DNA of 51,017 nucleotides, taken from the sequence record NZ_CP032820.1, one strand, 5' to 3'. The DNA comes from a plasmid. Positions within the stretch are counted from its first letter, which is position 1. Every line of letters starts with the position of its first letter. Position numbers and translations under genes: made by a program. Positions 29,434 through 39,261 of the stretch are shown here, one piece after another. The notes under the pieces are model-generated. The model ran no database searches and was not told the origin of the DNA. It worked only from the letters and a program-made list of their open reading frames with translations.

Positions 29434-29625
29434 TTACGCTAATTCTGTTTCAATAAACTTCATCATCTGATTGTGAAAAGAACCACTCCTTTTTTGCGCA
29501 GCCTTACAATCATCAATGGAAAGATTCGATTCCTTAATTATCCCTATTGCGATTGCTGGCATATCTCTGACTACTACAATATGCTGAACAGCAAACCAAA
29601 TACCATCAATAAATTCATTATTCAT
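29434..29625 (-). CDS. Small hypothetical protein
   Basis: 63-aa ORF. Confidence 0.3.
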   Translation of the reverse strand: MNNEFIDGIWFAVQHIVVVRDMPAIAIGIIKESNLSIDDCKAAQKRSGSFHNQMMKFIETELA

Positions 29626-29867
29626 ATCTTCATTTTATTGGTTAAAACTCATATTCACTTTCATTGAAATTTTCGATTGAATAAATTAAACCACCGAAGT
29701 CACCTGCTGAGAAGCCTCCAGTAATATTACTTCGATGTGTTCCCTTATACTTACCAAAGGTTAATGTTCTTTCTTGATTCATTACTATTCTGTTATGCGT
29801 TATTTGGTATGATAATCCCATTTTATCTTGACTTATATATCTGGAAAAGAGACCTGTGAACTAAAGA

Positions 29868-30257
29868 CTACTCTTTCTTTTCCTTACGCCTCGATTTGAG
29901 AAATTCTTTAGCCGCTTCTTTGTCCTCATGTACTTCATCTGATACATAATATATTATAGCCTTTGAATTGTGAGGATTGTTTTTCCACTTTCTTCCTATT
30001 GCATCCGGATTTACAACATATCCTTCTTTTGCCCATTGCAGGGCTGTTAGGCTCTTTTGGTTCATTCTCTTATACCAAAGAACCTTACGATGCATTTTTG
30101 TCCGGGGAGTAATTACTCCGTCTGCACATACCAGTCCTTCACAGTTGTAACCGGGGCTTTCCAGAAATTCAATTTCTTTTTGAATTTCTTTTATGCTCAT
30201 TTTCTCGATGCGTTCCATGTATTGTGCAATCGTTTCATCTGTCATATCCGCTGCCAT
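29868..30257 (-). CDS. Hypothetical protein
   Basis: 129-aa ORF. Confidence 0.4.
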   Translation of the reverse strand: MAADMTDETIAQYMERIEKMSIKEIQKEIEFLESPGYNCEGLVCADGVITPRTKMHRKVLWYKRMNQKSLTALQWAKEGYVVNPDAIGRKWKNNPHNSKAIIYYVSDEVHEDKEAAKEFLKSRRKEKKE

Positions 30258-30328
30258 ATTTCATGAATTTATGTATTAAAATAAGGCTATTAACTAGTTT
30301 AATAGCCCATTTTTGATTTCAAATACTA

Positions 30329-30544
30329 TCAAACGTATTTATCCAATTCTTTTTCTAGCTTTTCCCTATCAATCTCTGGAAATAGTTCAAGAACAAGACT
30401 TAGCGAATCGCAATAATTGTTTGCATAGTTTTCTGTATCCATCAATCGTAACACCATTGAACAAAAAATACTCTTTTCCTGCTTAAAAGTACGATTTAAC
30501 ACAGAACTAGATAATCTGAAAATTTTCTTCTCTACTCCAATCAT
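30329..30544 (-). CDS. Small hypothetical protein
   Basis: 71-aa ORF. Confidence 0.35.
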   Translation of the reverse strand: MIGVEKKIFRLSSSVLNRTFKQEKSIFCSMVLRLMDTENYANNYCDSLSLVLELFPEIDREKLEKELDKYV

Positions 30545-30579
30545 AAATTAATCCTTTCACATTTCTAATAATTGACTAT

Positions 30580-30842
30580 CAATCTGTAGTTTTCTTCAAT
30601 GCTTCAAAAGAAGACAAGTAATCATCAACAGCTTTATTTAACGCTGCATATTTATCTTTCCACGTCCTTATTTGCCGTTGTGTTTCAATATACCTATCAT
30701 TCAAAGTTGCATAATTCTGAATAGCAAATCTAATAGCTTTAGCATCTGTTTTTTCACCAGATAATTTTTTTAGATTTTCTAACTCTGCGCAGGCTGCATC
30801 GTCTAAGCGTAATGTAAACTCTTTTTCATAAAAAAATGATTA
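30580..30842 (-). pseudogene. RHH (CopG/MobC-N-like) protein gene, apparently frameshifted in an A5 run just after its ATG
   Basis: An 80-codon open frame (FTLRLDDAACAELENLKKLSGEKTDAKAIRFAIQNY...) lacks an ATG. ATGAAAAAGAG one frame over reads MKKSLHYA-stop. One extra A would give MKKEFTLRLDD.... Confidence 0.4.
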
Positions 30843-30892
30843 ATGAATTAATACTGAAAAATAGCACTAACAGTTGGCTACGAAATGGATTT

Positions 30893-31630
30893 AAGAAGCA
30901 ATGTTTCATGATTTTGTTTGCTGTTCTTTATACTGGCAGCCAAACCAGCTTTAAAGGTTTGTTTATCTCTTTATTTTCAATACTCAAAGATAGTGATTTT
31001 CTATAAATGTCGCAAATAATAGGACAATTATTTTTGTTAAAAATGGTTTTAGGTTTATAGACTGCCGAGGTTTTATTTTTCCCTAAGGTTTTTGGTATCA
31101 TAATAATGTTCTCTTATCGTCCATGCCGGGCAGAACCCGGAAAAGTACGGTATCAAATACCTTCCCGGTTTCTCTCCAGTGCAGGCAGAAAAGGTATCAA
31201 TTAGATGCAATCCTTTTGCCGATGGGCGGTAGTTCCTGAATGGTGTCGGTGTCTTTTCTTTTATGATGCAGCCGTTTTCCTGTATTCAAGTATAGAGAGA
31301 AACGACACAAGGAACTTTAGGGAAAAGAAGATTTTTCGTGTTGCTCTTTCTGGAAGTGGAGTATATTAATCATATATTATATGTTTATAGGTTCATATAT
31401 TATATATTCATATATTATTTATATATAGTGTTTTCTCTTTGTTCTTTTTCCCTATAGTTTTATGGTATCAATTTTTTGTGTCCGGCTTCCGGCAGCTTTT
31501 TGTATTTGGTATCAAAAGGTCGTTCTACAGGGTGTGCCAGGAATGATAATTCGGTATCATTTCATCATGCCATGTTTACCCATCAATGCCGCAACTCCGA
31601 AAAGTACGGTATGAATTTCTTTCCCTATAG
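30893..31630. repeat. Composite repeat copy 3, reverse orientation: type C (30893-31075), type A (31076-31326), linker, type B (31445-31630)
   Basis: Near-identical to copies 1 and 2. The type C ATG here is followed by only a 27-codon ORF, so it is a decayed copy. Confidence 0.9.
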
Positions 31631-31879
31631 TTCTTATTGGGTTAGACAACAAGACGCATTAAAATGTATTCTCAAAGTGAGAATGTATTTTAATTTGCGT
31701 CATGTTTCCGCTTCTGCAATGCTTACTAAAGTGGAGTTACCTAAAAGGTAGTGGAACTTTACTAAGGATTGCAGAAGGGATAAAGAAACATACCTTAGAA
31801 GGGTGGGTGGGTTTACCGATAGCAAAACTATTGGAGCGTAACAAAGTGAAGCGATTAAGCCTTTTTGGTTCTTTTTTGG

Positions 31880-31917
31880 CGTTTGAAAAAAGAACTCCCC
31901 CCAATGAGGGGGGAAGG
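31880..31917 (-). terminator. Intrinsic terminator downstream of the ArdC-like gene
   Basis: On the minus strand, CCCCCCTCATTGGGGGG followed by AGTTCTTTTTT. Confidence 0.6.
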
Positions 31918-31922
31918 AATCT

Positions 31923-32933
31923 TTAAGCAACCTTTGTATTTTTCTCTTCTTCAACTTCTCCCACATCTAGCCTTATATTTAGATGCTGGGCTATGAATTT
32001 ACTACCTTTAATAGCATCTGCCAATACAGTAAATAAAAATTTAGGTTCTTCTTTTATTGCTTTGCACCATGATTTTAAATAAGCCGCATTTTCTTCTCTG
32101 ACGGTTACAGAAATACCCAAATATACACCAGACAAAGCCGATATTAATTCTGCTACAAGTTCTTCACGCCCATAATTGAATTTATCATTTTCATAAAATC
32201 CTTTTCGATTTAGTCTATTTTTAACACCTGTACTATGTCCCATTTCATGTAATTCTGTACCATAAAAACTTTCTCCGTCCTTAAATTGGCTCTTTAAAGG
32301 TAAAGTAATGCTATCATTTGATATTGAATAAAACGCACTATCACTAGAAACCGTTTGAATAGGACATACCCAATTTTGATTCTTATTCATTTCATCAAGT
32401 ATTGGATTTACATACATTTCTTTCTCTTCTTGTGGCTGTTCCTCTCCTGAAAATTTAGCCTTTAATATATCCCATCTATTGGGATATTTTTCCGCAAAGT
32501 TTGTTTGGTCTAAATTAAAAACTTGGAAATATTTTGTATAAGCTGCTAAACGGTATTCTTTTTGTTCTTCTTCTGATAATTTGTTATATTCATCATATGA
32601 AATTTTTTCATTTGTCTGACGATGATAAGCACAAAATAATGTGTAATAAACAGGAAAAGCAACAGCACCTTTTAGAACATTAATACCTTCGTTTCGTGCT
32701 TGATTGAATGTCAAAAAAACAGGAGTTTGATAATTATATTTTTCACACAAAAAATAAAGTAAAAAAGCGTTTCCACCACTATAAGTACGACCTGTTAAAT
32801 TTTGTGGTAAAAAGTTCTGTTTAGAGTTGACTTTAGAGAACCAAGGTTTTTGCCAATTCATAGACAAGCTTTCAATTTTTTCAACCATAAGGTTTACAAA
32901 CTTCTCTGCATTTTTATCAAAAGTAGATTTCAT
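31923..32933 (-). CDS. ArdC-like antirestriction protein (ssDNA-binding N-domain plus zincin-like HExxH metalloprotease domain)
   Basis: 336 aa with HEMGH at the C-terminal domain. The N-terminal region resembles the DUF1738/ArdC ssDNA-binding domain. Confidence 0.65.
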   Translation of the reverse strand: MKSTFDKNAEKFVNLMVEKIESLSMNWQKPWFSKVNSKQNFLPQNLTGRTYSGGNAFLLYFLCEKYNYQTPVFLTFNQARNEGINVLKGAVAFPVYYTLFCAYHRQTNEKISYDEYNKLSEEEQKEYRLAAYTKYFQVFNLDQTNFAEKYPNRWDILKAKFSGEEQPQEEKEMYVNPILDEMNKNQNWVCPIQTVSSDSAFYSISNDSITLPLKSQFKDGESFYGTELHEMGHSTGVKNRLNRKGFYENDKFNYGREELVAELISALSGVYLGISVTVREENAAYLKSWCKAIKEEPKFLFTVLADAIKGSKFIAQHLNIRLDVGEVEEEKNTKVA

Positions 32934-33115
32934 AATTTTGTTTGCTGTTCTTTATACTGGCAGCCAAACCAGCTTTAAAAGTTTATTTATCTCTTTATTT
33001 TCAATACTCAAAGATAGTAATTTTCTATAAATGTCGCAAATAATAAGACAATTATTTTTGTTAAAAATAGTTTATAATTGGCTGATTTTTAAGGTATTAT
33101 CTTTTCCCTAAAGTT
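32928..33115. repeat. Type C promoter/5'-UTR module, solitary copy driving the ArdC-like gene
   Basis: About 150 bp near-identical to 8878-9040 (RC) and 30893-31075. Ends in TTTTCCCTAAAGTT at 33102-33115. Confidence 0.85.
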
Positions 33116-33356
33116 TTATATATTTTGGGTGAGAGATAAGGTTTTATAAACGGAATATTCCCTTTGGGAACATGAAGTCTATAAAACCGAATATCCAATG
33201 CCTTGCTTTTGTAGGTGCTTCATAGAAGCGGTGAAAAAAGCAAAGCATTGGATATACCTTAGAAGGGTGGGTGGGAAAATGCGTTAGGGATTACAGCGGA
33301 AAGCCCACAGCGTAGCGAGGACTTGCAGCGAAAAGCCCGACCTGAAAGGTAACGCC

Positions 33357-33965
33357 CTATTTATTTCTTCTATTCATCAATCTTACTTTTTCATAACGTA
33401 AATACCTATACAAAGTAGCCTTACTTCCAATGTGTAAAATTCTACATATTTCATCTATAGAATAATCCCGATTTTCATATAAACGCTTTGCTGCTATAGC
33501 TTTTCTCTTTGCATCTTCCGATAACCCTATAGGTCGTCCCGTAAGTTTCCCTCGTTCTTTTGCAGCTTGTAATCCAGCCCTAGTTCGTTCTACTATTATT
33601 TCACGTTCATATTCAGCCAATGAAGCAAAAATTCCAAATTGACATCTTCCTAAAGCACTATTAGTATCAATACCATCAACTATGCTTTTGAATGCAATTT
33701 TTCTTTTCTGCAAACAATCAACTATATAAACTAAATCTTTCAAAGAACGTCCTAATCTATCTAGCTTCCAGATAACAAAAGTATCACCTTCTCGCAAATA
33801 TGCAAGGGCTTTATCTAATTCGGGTCTATCCTTTACTCCTGATACTTTTTCCTCAAATATAAGTTTGCATCCGGCTTCTTTTAAAGCATCTAGCTGCAAA
33901 TCTAAATTCTGTTCCCTCGTTGAAACACGAGCGTAGCCTATTATCTCCATTTTATTTAAATCCAA
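33357..33965 (-). CDS. Serine recombinase (resolvase/invertase family)
   Basis: GYARVSTREQ catalytic-serine motif at the N-terminus and a C-terminal HTH. About 200 aa. Confidence 0.85.
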   Translation of the reverse strand: MDLNKMEIIGYARVSTREQNLDLQLDALKEAGCKLIFEEKVSGVKDRPELDKALAYLREGDTFVIWKLDRLGRSLKDLVYIVDCLQKRKIAFKSIVDGIDTNSALGRCQFGIFASLAEYEREIIVERTRAGLQAAKERGKLTGRPIGLSEDAKRKAIAAKRLYENRDYSIDEICRILHIGSKATLYRYLRYEKVRLMNRRNK

Positions 33966-34095
33966 GTTTCATAAATTCAACTATTCGCGAAACTATTTTA
34001 AACTAGGGCTTTCCCCCCTGTTATTACCTCTAGTACTATTATAAATCAAAAGTACAGAAAAAGGGTCGATTAATGAAACTTTTAAATTTAAGAAT

Positions 34096-34437
34096 ATGAG
34101 TTATTCACAATTTATCATGGCTGTATTTGCCATTTATGTAGTTTACTACGCTGCAAACATCCTGTATGATGCTTTCCTAAAGCAAAGCAAAACCAATACA
34201 GGTGAAGAAGAAGAAATTATTTCAATAGGAGAGGAAGAAGAAATACCTCACAAAGTTGTAGATGAAGATTTTGAAACAGGCTCATACGAAAAAGAAGATG
34301 AAAAAAAAGAATCTGAACAGAATTATGTATCTGTAAATGAATCTATTGAAATGGAAGTTGAAACACAAGGTATTCCAATGGAACAACTTCTTGCTAAAGG
34401 GAAAAGCATGTTTTCACACGTAAATTTTAACAAATAA
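34096..34437 (+). CDS. Hypothetical protein with N-terminal TM and acidic tail (TraD position)
   Basis: 113-aa ORF immediately upstream of the traE-like gene. Confidence 0.35.
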   Translation: MSYSQFIMAVFAIYVVYYAANILYDAFLKQSKTNTGEEEEIISIGEEEEIPHKVVDEDFETGSYEKEDEKKESEQNYVSVNESIEMEVETQGIPMEQLLAKGKSMFSHVNFNK

Positions 34438-34456
34438 ACAACTAATTTTTATTCAA

Positions 34457-34771
34457 ATGAAAAAGTTTTTTTCAAAAATTGCTCAAAGAGCATTCGCTTT
34501 AGCCATTAGCATAATGGTAGTAACTAACACTTTTGCACAAGGTGCTGCGGGAATTGATGCAGCTAGTTCTGAACTTGCAACCTACATGGACCCCCTAGGA
34601 AACATGATGATGATACTAGGAGGTCTAGTAGGATTAGTTGGAGCAGTGCGAGTTTATTTAAAATGGAACTCTGGTGACCAAGATGTACAAAAGGCTGTTA
34701 TGGGCTGGATGGGGTCATGTATCTTTCTGGTTGTATCAGGTGTTGTCGTAAAAGCATTCTTCGGAATCTAA
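34457..34771 (+). CDS. traE: TraE-like conjugative pilin-type protein (DUF4134)
   Basis: Signal peptide plus two hydrophobic segments, about 100 aa. First of the traE-F-G triad. Confidence 0.55.
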   Translation: MKKFFSKIAQRAFALAISIMVVTNTFAQGAAGIDAASSELATYMDPLGNMMMILGGLVGLVGAVRVYLKWNSGDQDVQKAVMGWMGSCIFLVVSGVVVKAFFGI

Positions 34772-34772
34772 T

Positions 34773-35072
34773 ATGTCGAAAGAGTATCCAAGTTACAATG
34801 TATATAAGGGGCTACAAAAGCCCCTTATTTTCAAAGGATTTAAAGGCAAGTTCATATATATCGGTGGAGCTTGTATTATTAGTGCTTTACTTTTATGTGC
34901 TATTGTTTCTACTCTGGCTTCTTTTATGTGGGGAGGTATAACTCTTGTAATAGTTATGTTTGGAGGGTTAGGAATAACATCGCAATTACAAAGAAAAGGG
35001 CTTCACAGGAAAGATAAACGAAAAGGCATATATATAGTATCACGCACTTTTATAAGAGATAGAAAAAAATAA
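34773..35072 (+). CDS. traF: TraF-like small membrane protein (DUF4133)
   Basis: 99 aa, two TM helices, basic tail. Located between the traE-like and traG-like genes. Confidence 0.5.
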   Translation: MSKEYPSYNVYKGLQKPLIFKGFKGKFIYIGGACIISALLLCAIVSTLASFMWGGITLVIVMFGGLGITSQLQRKGLHRKDKRKGIYIVSRTFIRDRKK

Positions 35073-35077
35073 AGCTT

Positions 35078-37918
35078 ATGAAAAAGAAAAGTGAATTTGA
35101 AGCTCCTTATATTGGTATTGAAACAATAGACAATACTCCTATATTCTATAACCGAAGGGGCGACTATTCTGTTATCATTAAATGTGAAAATCCTATAATA
35201 CAGTATTCAGCAGATATGGATGCTTACTATGATTTTCACCACTTATTTACTAATATCCTCAAAGTATTAGGAACTGGATATACAATACAAAAACAGGATA
35301 TTCTATGTAAAAAATCATTTTTACCACCCCAGAATAGGAAGAACGACTATTTATCAAATCGTTATTTTGAACATTTTAAAGGACGAATATATACTGATAT
35401 TTCTACTTATCTTGTTATTACAGGAGAAGTAGAAAGGTCTAAATTCTTTTCTTTTGACCCTCGAAGGTTTGATACTTTTATTAGAAACATCACAAAAGTA
35501 TTAGGACTATTCGCTAACAGAGGAATAAGAGCTAAACTATTAAATGAAAATGAAATAGAAATATATATAAAAAGATTTCTATCTATCAATTTCAATCAGC
35601 AAACAGTAAGCCTAAAAAATATCAAAGCAAGAGAAGAAAATCTTATAATTGGAGAAAAAAACGTACAGTGCATTTCTCTTGTAGATATTGACGAAGTTAA
35701 TTTTCCTTCTGTTATAAAACCATATAAAGAGGTCAATATTGGGCTAAGGTTTCCTGTTGACTTACTCTCTTTTTTGCATGATACACCAAGTATAGACACA
35801 ATTATCTATAATCAAGTAATAAATATTCCAGACCAACGAAACGAAGCAAACAAATTAGAAGGCAAAAAGAAAAAACATAAAGGAATGCCTGACCCTGCAA
35901 ATGATTTATGTGTAGAAGACATAGAACGAGTGCAGTCGGATATTGCCAGAGAAGGGCAAATGCTTGTATATGCACATTATAATATCATTCTTGCTGGTCT
36001 TGATGATATTAGTAAGGCTATCAACTATGTTGAAACATCTCTTTTTGATTGTGGCATTATTATTAATAAACAATGCTTCAACCAATTAGAATTATTCGAA
36101 TGTGCACTGCCAGGAAACGCAATCAACCTAAACAGTTATGACAAATTTCTAACAACTTCCGATGCTGCAATTTGTCTTTTATTTAAGGAAAAATTACAAG
36201 TAACAGAAAACAGCCCTTTTCTTACCTATTTTACTGACAGACAAGGATTGCCTGTTGGAATAGATATGTCCGGAAAAGAAGGTGAGAAAAAATATACAAA
36301 TAACTCCAACTTCTTTGTTTTAGGTCCAAGTGGTTCTGGTAAGTCTTTCTATGTCAACTCCAAAGTAAGACAATGGGTTTTAGATAACACTGATATTGTA
36401 TTGGTAGATACAGGGCATAGTTATTCAGGAATGTGCGAATACTATCATGGCAAATACATTACTTATTCTGAAAGCAAGCCTATATCTATGAATCCTTTCC
36501 GAATTACTGAAGAAGAGTATAATGTAGAAAAGAAAAACTTTCTTAAATCATTAATTTTCCTGATATGGAAAGGTGCAAATGGTGAGGTCAAAAAGCAAGA
36601 AGAAGAAATTATGGATATTACCATAGAAAAATACTATTCTTTCTACTTTCATCCCTTTAATGGTTATTCAGATGCGGAAAAAGAAGCCATACGTGAAAAT
36701 TTACTACTCGAATTTCAAGTCAATGAAGAAGAATTTGAAAACGAAAGGGAAAAAGAAGAACGCAAGATACTTTCCGAAAAAATAGAGAAATTACAGCAAC
36801 TAGTAGAAAAAGGAGAAGGCGGAGAAAAAACCAACGCAGAAAAAGCGATACAAAACATTCTTATCGAAAAAGGCTTTACACGCCAAGAGCTTGATAATCC
36901 TGAAACTAGATTACTTTCTATAATAGAAAGACGAATCCAGAAGAAGGAAGATATATTGAAAGAAATAAAAGTTGAAAGCTTATCTTTTAACTCTTTCTAC
37001 GAATTTTCCCTACGCATTATACCTATTATTTGCAAAGAGAACAAAATTGATTTTGATATTACTAACTATAAGTTTCTATTAAAAAAATTCTATAAAGGAG
37101 GACAGTTAGAAAAAACTCTTAATGAGGATTTTGACACTTCCCTTTTTGAAGAACCCTTTATAGTTTTTGAAATTGATGCAATTAAAGATGACCCTGAATT
37201 ATTTCCAATAGTAACCTTAATTATTATGGACGTTTTTATTCAAAAAATGAGATTAAAAAAGAACAGAAAGGCATTAATAATTGAAGAAGCATGGAAAGCC
37301 ATAGCTAGCCCTATGATGGCTGGCTATATACTCTATTTGTATAAAACAGTTCGTAAATTTTGGGGTATGGCAATGGTTGTTACTCAAGAACTGGAGGACA
37401 TAATTAGTAATCCTGTAGTCAAAAACTCTATAATCAGCAACTCCGATATTATATGCCTATTAGACCAAAGTAAATTTATAGACAAATATCAAGAAATAGC
37501 AAATCTTTTATCCTTAACGGAAGTAAATCAAAAGCAAATATTTACCATAAATCAACTTCCCAATAAAGAAAACCGTAATCGGTTTAATGAAGTATTTATA
37601 AAAAGAGGAAATTATGGAAATGTATTTGGAGTAGAGGTTTCTCTACACGAATATTTCACATTTACTACAGAACGAATTGAAAAAGATGCTGTTGGATATT
37701 ATCATATCATTTATGGTAGTTTCCAAACAGGATTGGATAATTTTATAATAGACCTAAAATCTTCCAAATTAAAAAATATGGATTGGGTTTTACAAGTCAA
37801 TAAGGTACTAGGGTATCACTCCGATGATGGAAGCCTAAAAGATATACTTAACATCATAGGGGAACAACCATTATATAAGTATATCCTAGATAAATACAAA
37901 TGGATTACAAACAGTTAA
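35078..37918 (+). CDS. traG: TraG-like VirB4-family T4SS ATPase
   Basis: 946 aa. Walker A VLGPSGSGKSF. Size and position typical of Bacteroidetes TraG. Confidence 0.8.
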   Translation: MKKKSEFEAPYIGIETIDNTPIFYNRRGDYSVIIKCENPIIQYSADMDAYYDFHHLFTNILKVLGTGYTIQKQDILCKKSFLPPQNRKNDYLSNRYFEHFKGRIYTDISTYLVITGEVERSKFFSFDPRRFDTFIRNITKVLGLFANRGIRAKLLNENEIEIYIKRFLSINFNQQTVSLKNIKAREENLIIGEKNVQCISLVDIDEVNFPSVIKPYKEVNIGLRFPVDLLSFLHDTPSIDTIIYNQVINIPDQRNEANKLEGKKKKHKGMPDPANDLCVEDIERVQSDIAREGQMLVYAHYNIILAGLDDISKAINYVETSLFDCGIIINKQCFNQLELFECALPGNAINLNSYDKFLTTSDAAICLLFKEKLQVTENSPFLTYFTDRQGLPVGIDMSGKEGEKKYTNNSNFFVLGPSGSGKSFYVNSKVRQWVLDNTDIVLVDTGHSYSGMCEYYHGKYITYSESKPISMNPFRITEEEYNVEKKNFLKSLIFLIWKGANGEVKKQEEEIMDITIEKYYSFYFHPFNGYSDAEKEAIRENLLLEFQVNEEEFENEREKEERKILSEKIEKLQQLVEKGEGGEKTNAEKAIQNILIEKGFTRQELDNPETRLLSIIERRIQKKEDILKEIKVESLSFNSFYEFSLRIIPIICKENKIDFDITNYKFLLKKFYKGGQLEKTLNEDFDTSLFEEPFIVFEIDAIKDDPELFPIVTLIIMDVFIQKMRLKKNRKALIIEEAWKAIASPMMAGYILYLYKTVRKFWGMAMVVTQELEDIISNPVVKNSIISNSDIICLLDQSKFIDKYQEIANLLSLTEVNQKQIFTINQLPNKENRNRFNEVFIKRGNYGNVFGVEVSLHEYFTFTTERIEKDAVGYYHIIYGSFQTGLDNFIIDLKSSKLKNMDWVLQVNKVLGYHSDDGSLKDILNIIGEQPLYKYILDKYKWITNS

Positions 37919-37928
37919 AGATAATATC

Positions 37929-38603
37929 ATGAAGAAAATCCTATTTATTTTAGTGGTAGCATCTACTTTAACCCAAGTTGCATATTCGCAAAAGGCAGTC
38001 TTGGATATAACCTGTATGGAAACACTTATAGCTAATCATAAGGTGCAACATACTTCTTTCTCTAAAGTGAAAGAGAATGAAGCTCAAATAAGCCTTATAC
38101 AAAAACAAATCAGTGAAAAAATGGTTCAGATTGAATTTTTCCAAAGCAAATTTTATAATAGCCTAAAATCTGTAGAAGCCATCATAAAAACAGGAAAAGA
38201 TATTATCTACTGTACAGATATTGCAGCAGATATTGGTAAATATCAAAAACAAATGGTTGAACTTGCTGTAGGTGACCCGGCTTTATTATTGGTGTCAGCA
38301 AAAACAGAGCTAGAATTAGTTAATCGCACTGCGGATTTGACACAATACATTTATCAGGTCGCTATTGTCGGGACAGATGTAAACCTTATGGATAATAAGC
38401 AAAGAATAGACTTGCTTAAGTATGTTATTAATGAACTAAGAAACATGAGAGGTATAGCATACGCTGTATGCCGACAGATGAAAACAGCAAAAAGAAATGG
38501 AGTATTACAAACATTAGCTCCGGGGGTATTTAAATACAAAGATAATCGTTCAAAATTAGTTGATGATTTATTACAGAATTATAAAGTAAAACCTAAAAGA
38601 TAA
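37929..38603 (+). CDS. TraH/TraI-family secreted protein (paralogue of 16072..16779)
   Basis: Signal peptide. Conserved C-terminal block shared with 16072..16779. Confidence 0.5.
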   Translation: MKKILFILVVASTLTQVAYSQKAVLDITCMETLIANHKVQHTSFSKVKENEAQISLIQKQISEKMVQIEFFQSKFYNSLKSVEAIIKTGKDIIYCTDIAADIGKYQKQMVELAVGDPALLLVSAKTELELVNRTADLTQYIYQVAIVGTDVNLMDNKQRIDLLKYVINELRNMRGIAYAVCRQMKTAKRNGVLQTLAPGVFKYKDNRSKLVDDLLQNYKVKPKR

Positions 38604-38604
38604 T

Positions 38605-39261
38605 ATGAAAAGAGTGCTTTTATTTTTTTCCCTAATGTTGATTATTGGAACTTCTAATATCTATTCCCAAATGCCAGTAAAGGATAAAGGGAAATGGAGT
38701 GTACTTAATAATATGGAATTTATGGATAGAGTACGACTACAACCAGAATGGTATCATTACTGGATATGGTATAAAAAGGTTTTGGGTATTAAAATTCCTT
38801 TGCCGGGCTTAGGGTTACACGACAAATACGGGAAGGAAGATAGACGTAATTTCCAGTTACAAGAAATTCCCATGATGGCAGCCGTAGAGTACAATAAATC
38901 AGAAACAGAAAAAGAAGGGTATAATGTTGATACCATATATAGACAGGAGCTCTTCAAATTTGGAGATAAAGAAATTGATTATCAATATACTTTAACTAAA
39001 AATCGCAGAAATGATATTCTTAATGATATAAATAAAAAACTTGTCGAATATTCTTCTAATGGCGGTAATAAAGAACACGTTGAAGTTATAACTGATGAAG
39101 TTACTAGAATAAAAAAGAACATTGATATAATCCATGATTCACATATGAGTAACTCTAAAAAGAGAGAAGCTTATTTAGATTTTGATAAAGAATTAATAGA
39201 GGTTCTTTCGCTAATAACAAAATTGAATAATATAAATAAAACAATAATGAACCATGAATGA
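38605..39261 (+). CDS. TraI-like secreted protein
   Basis: Signal peptide, 218 aa. Located between the TraH-like and TraJ-like genes. Confidence 0.45.
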   Translation: MKRVLLFFSLMLIIGTSNIYSQMPVKDKGKWSVLNNMEFMDRVRLQPEWYHYWIWYKKVLGIKIPLPGLGLHDKYGKEDRRNFQLQEIPMMAAVEYNKSETEKEGYNVDTIYRQELFKFGDKEIDYQYTLTKNRRNDILNDINKKLVEYSSNGGNKEHVEVITDEVTRIKKNIDIIHDSHMSNSKKREAYLDFDKELIEVLSLITKLNNINKTIMNHE

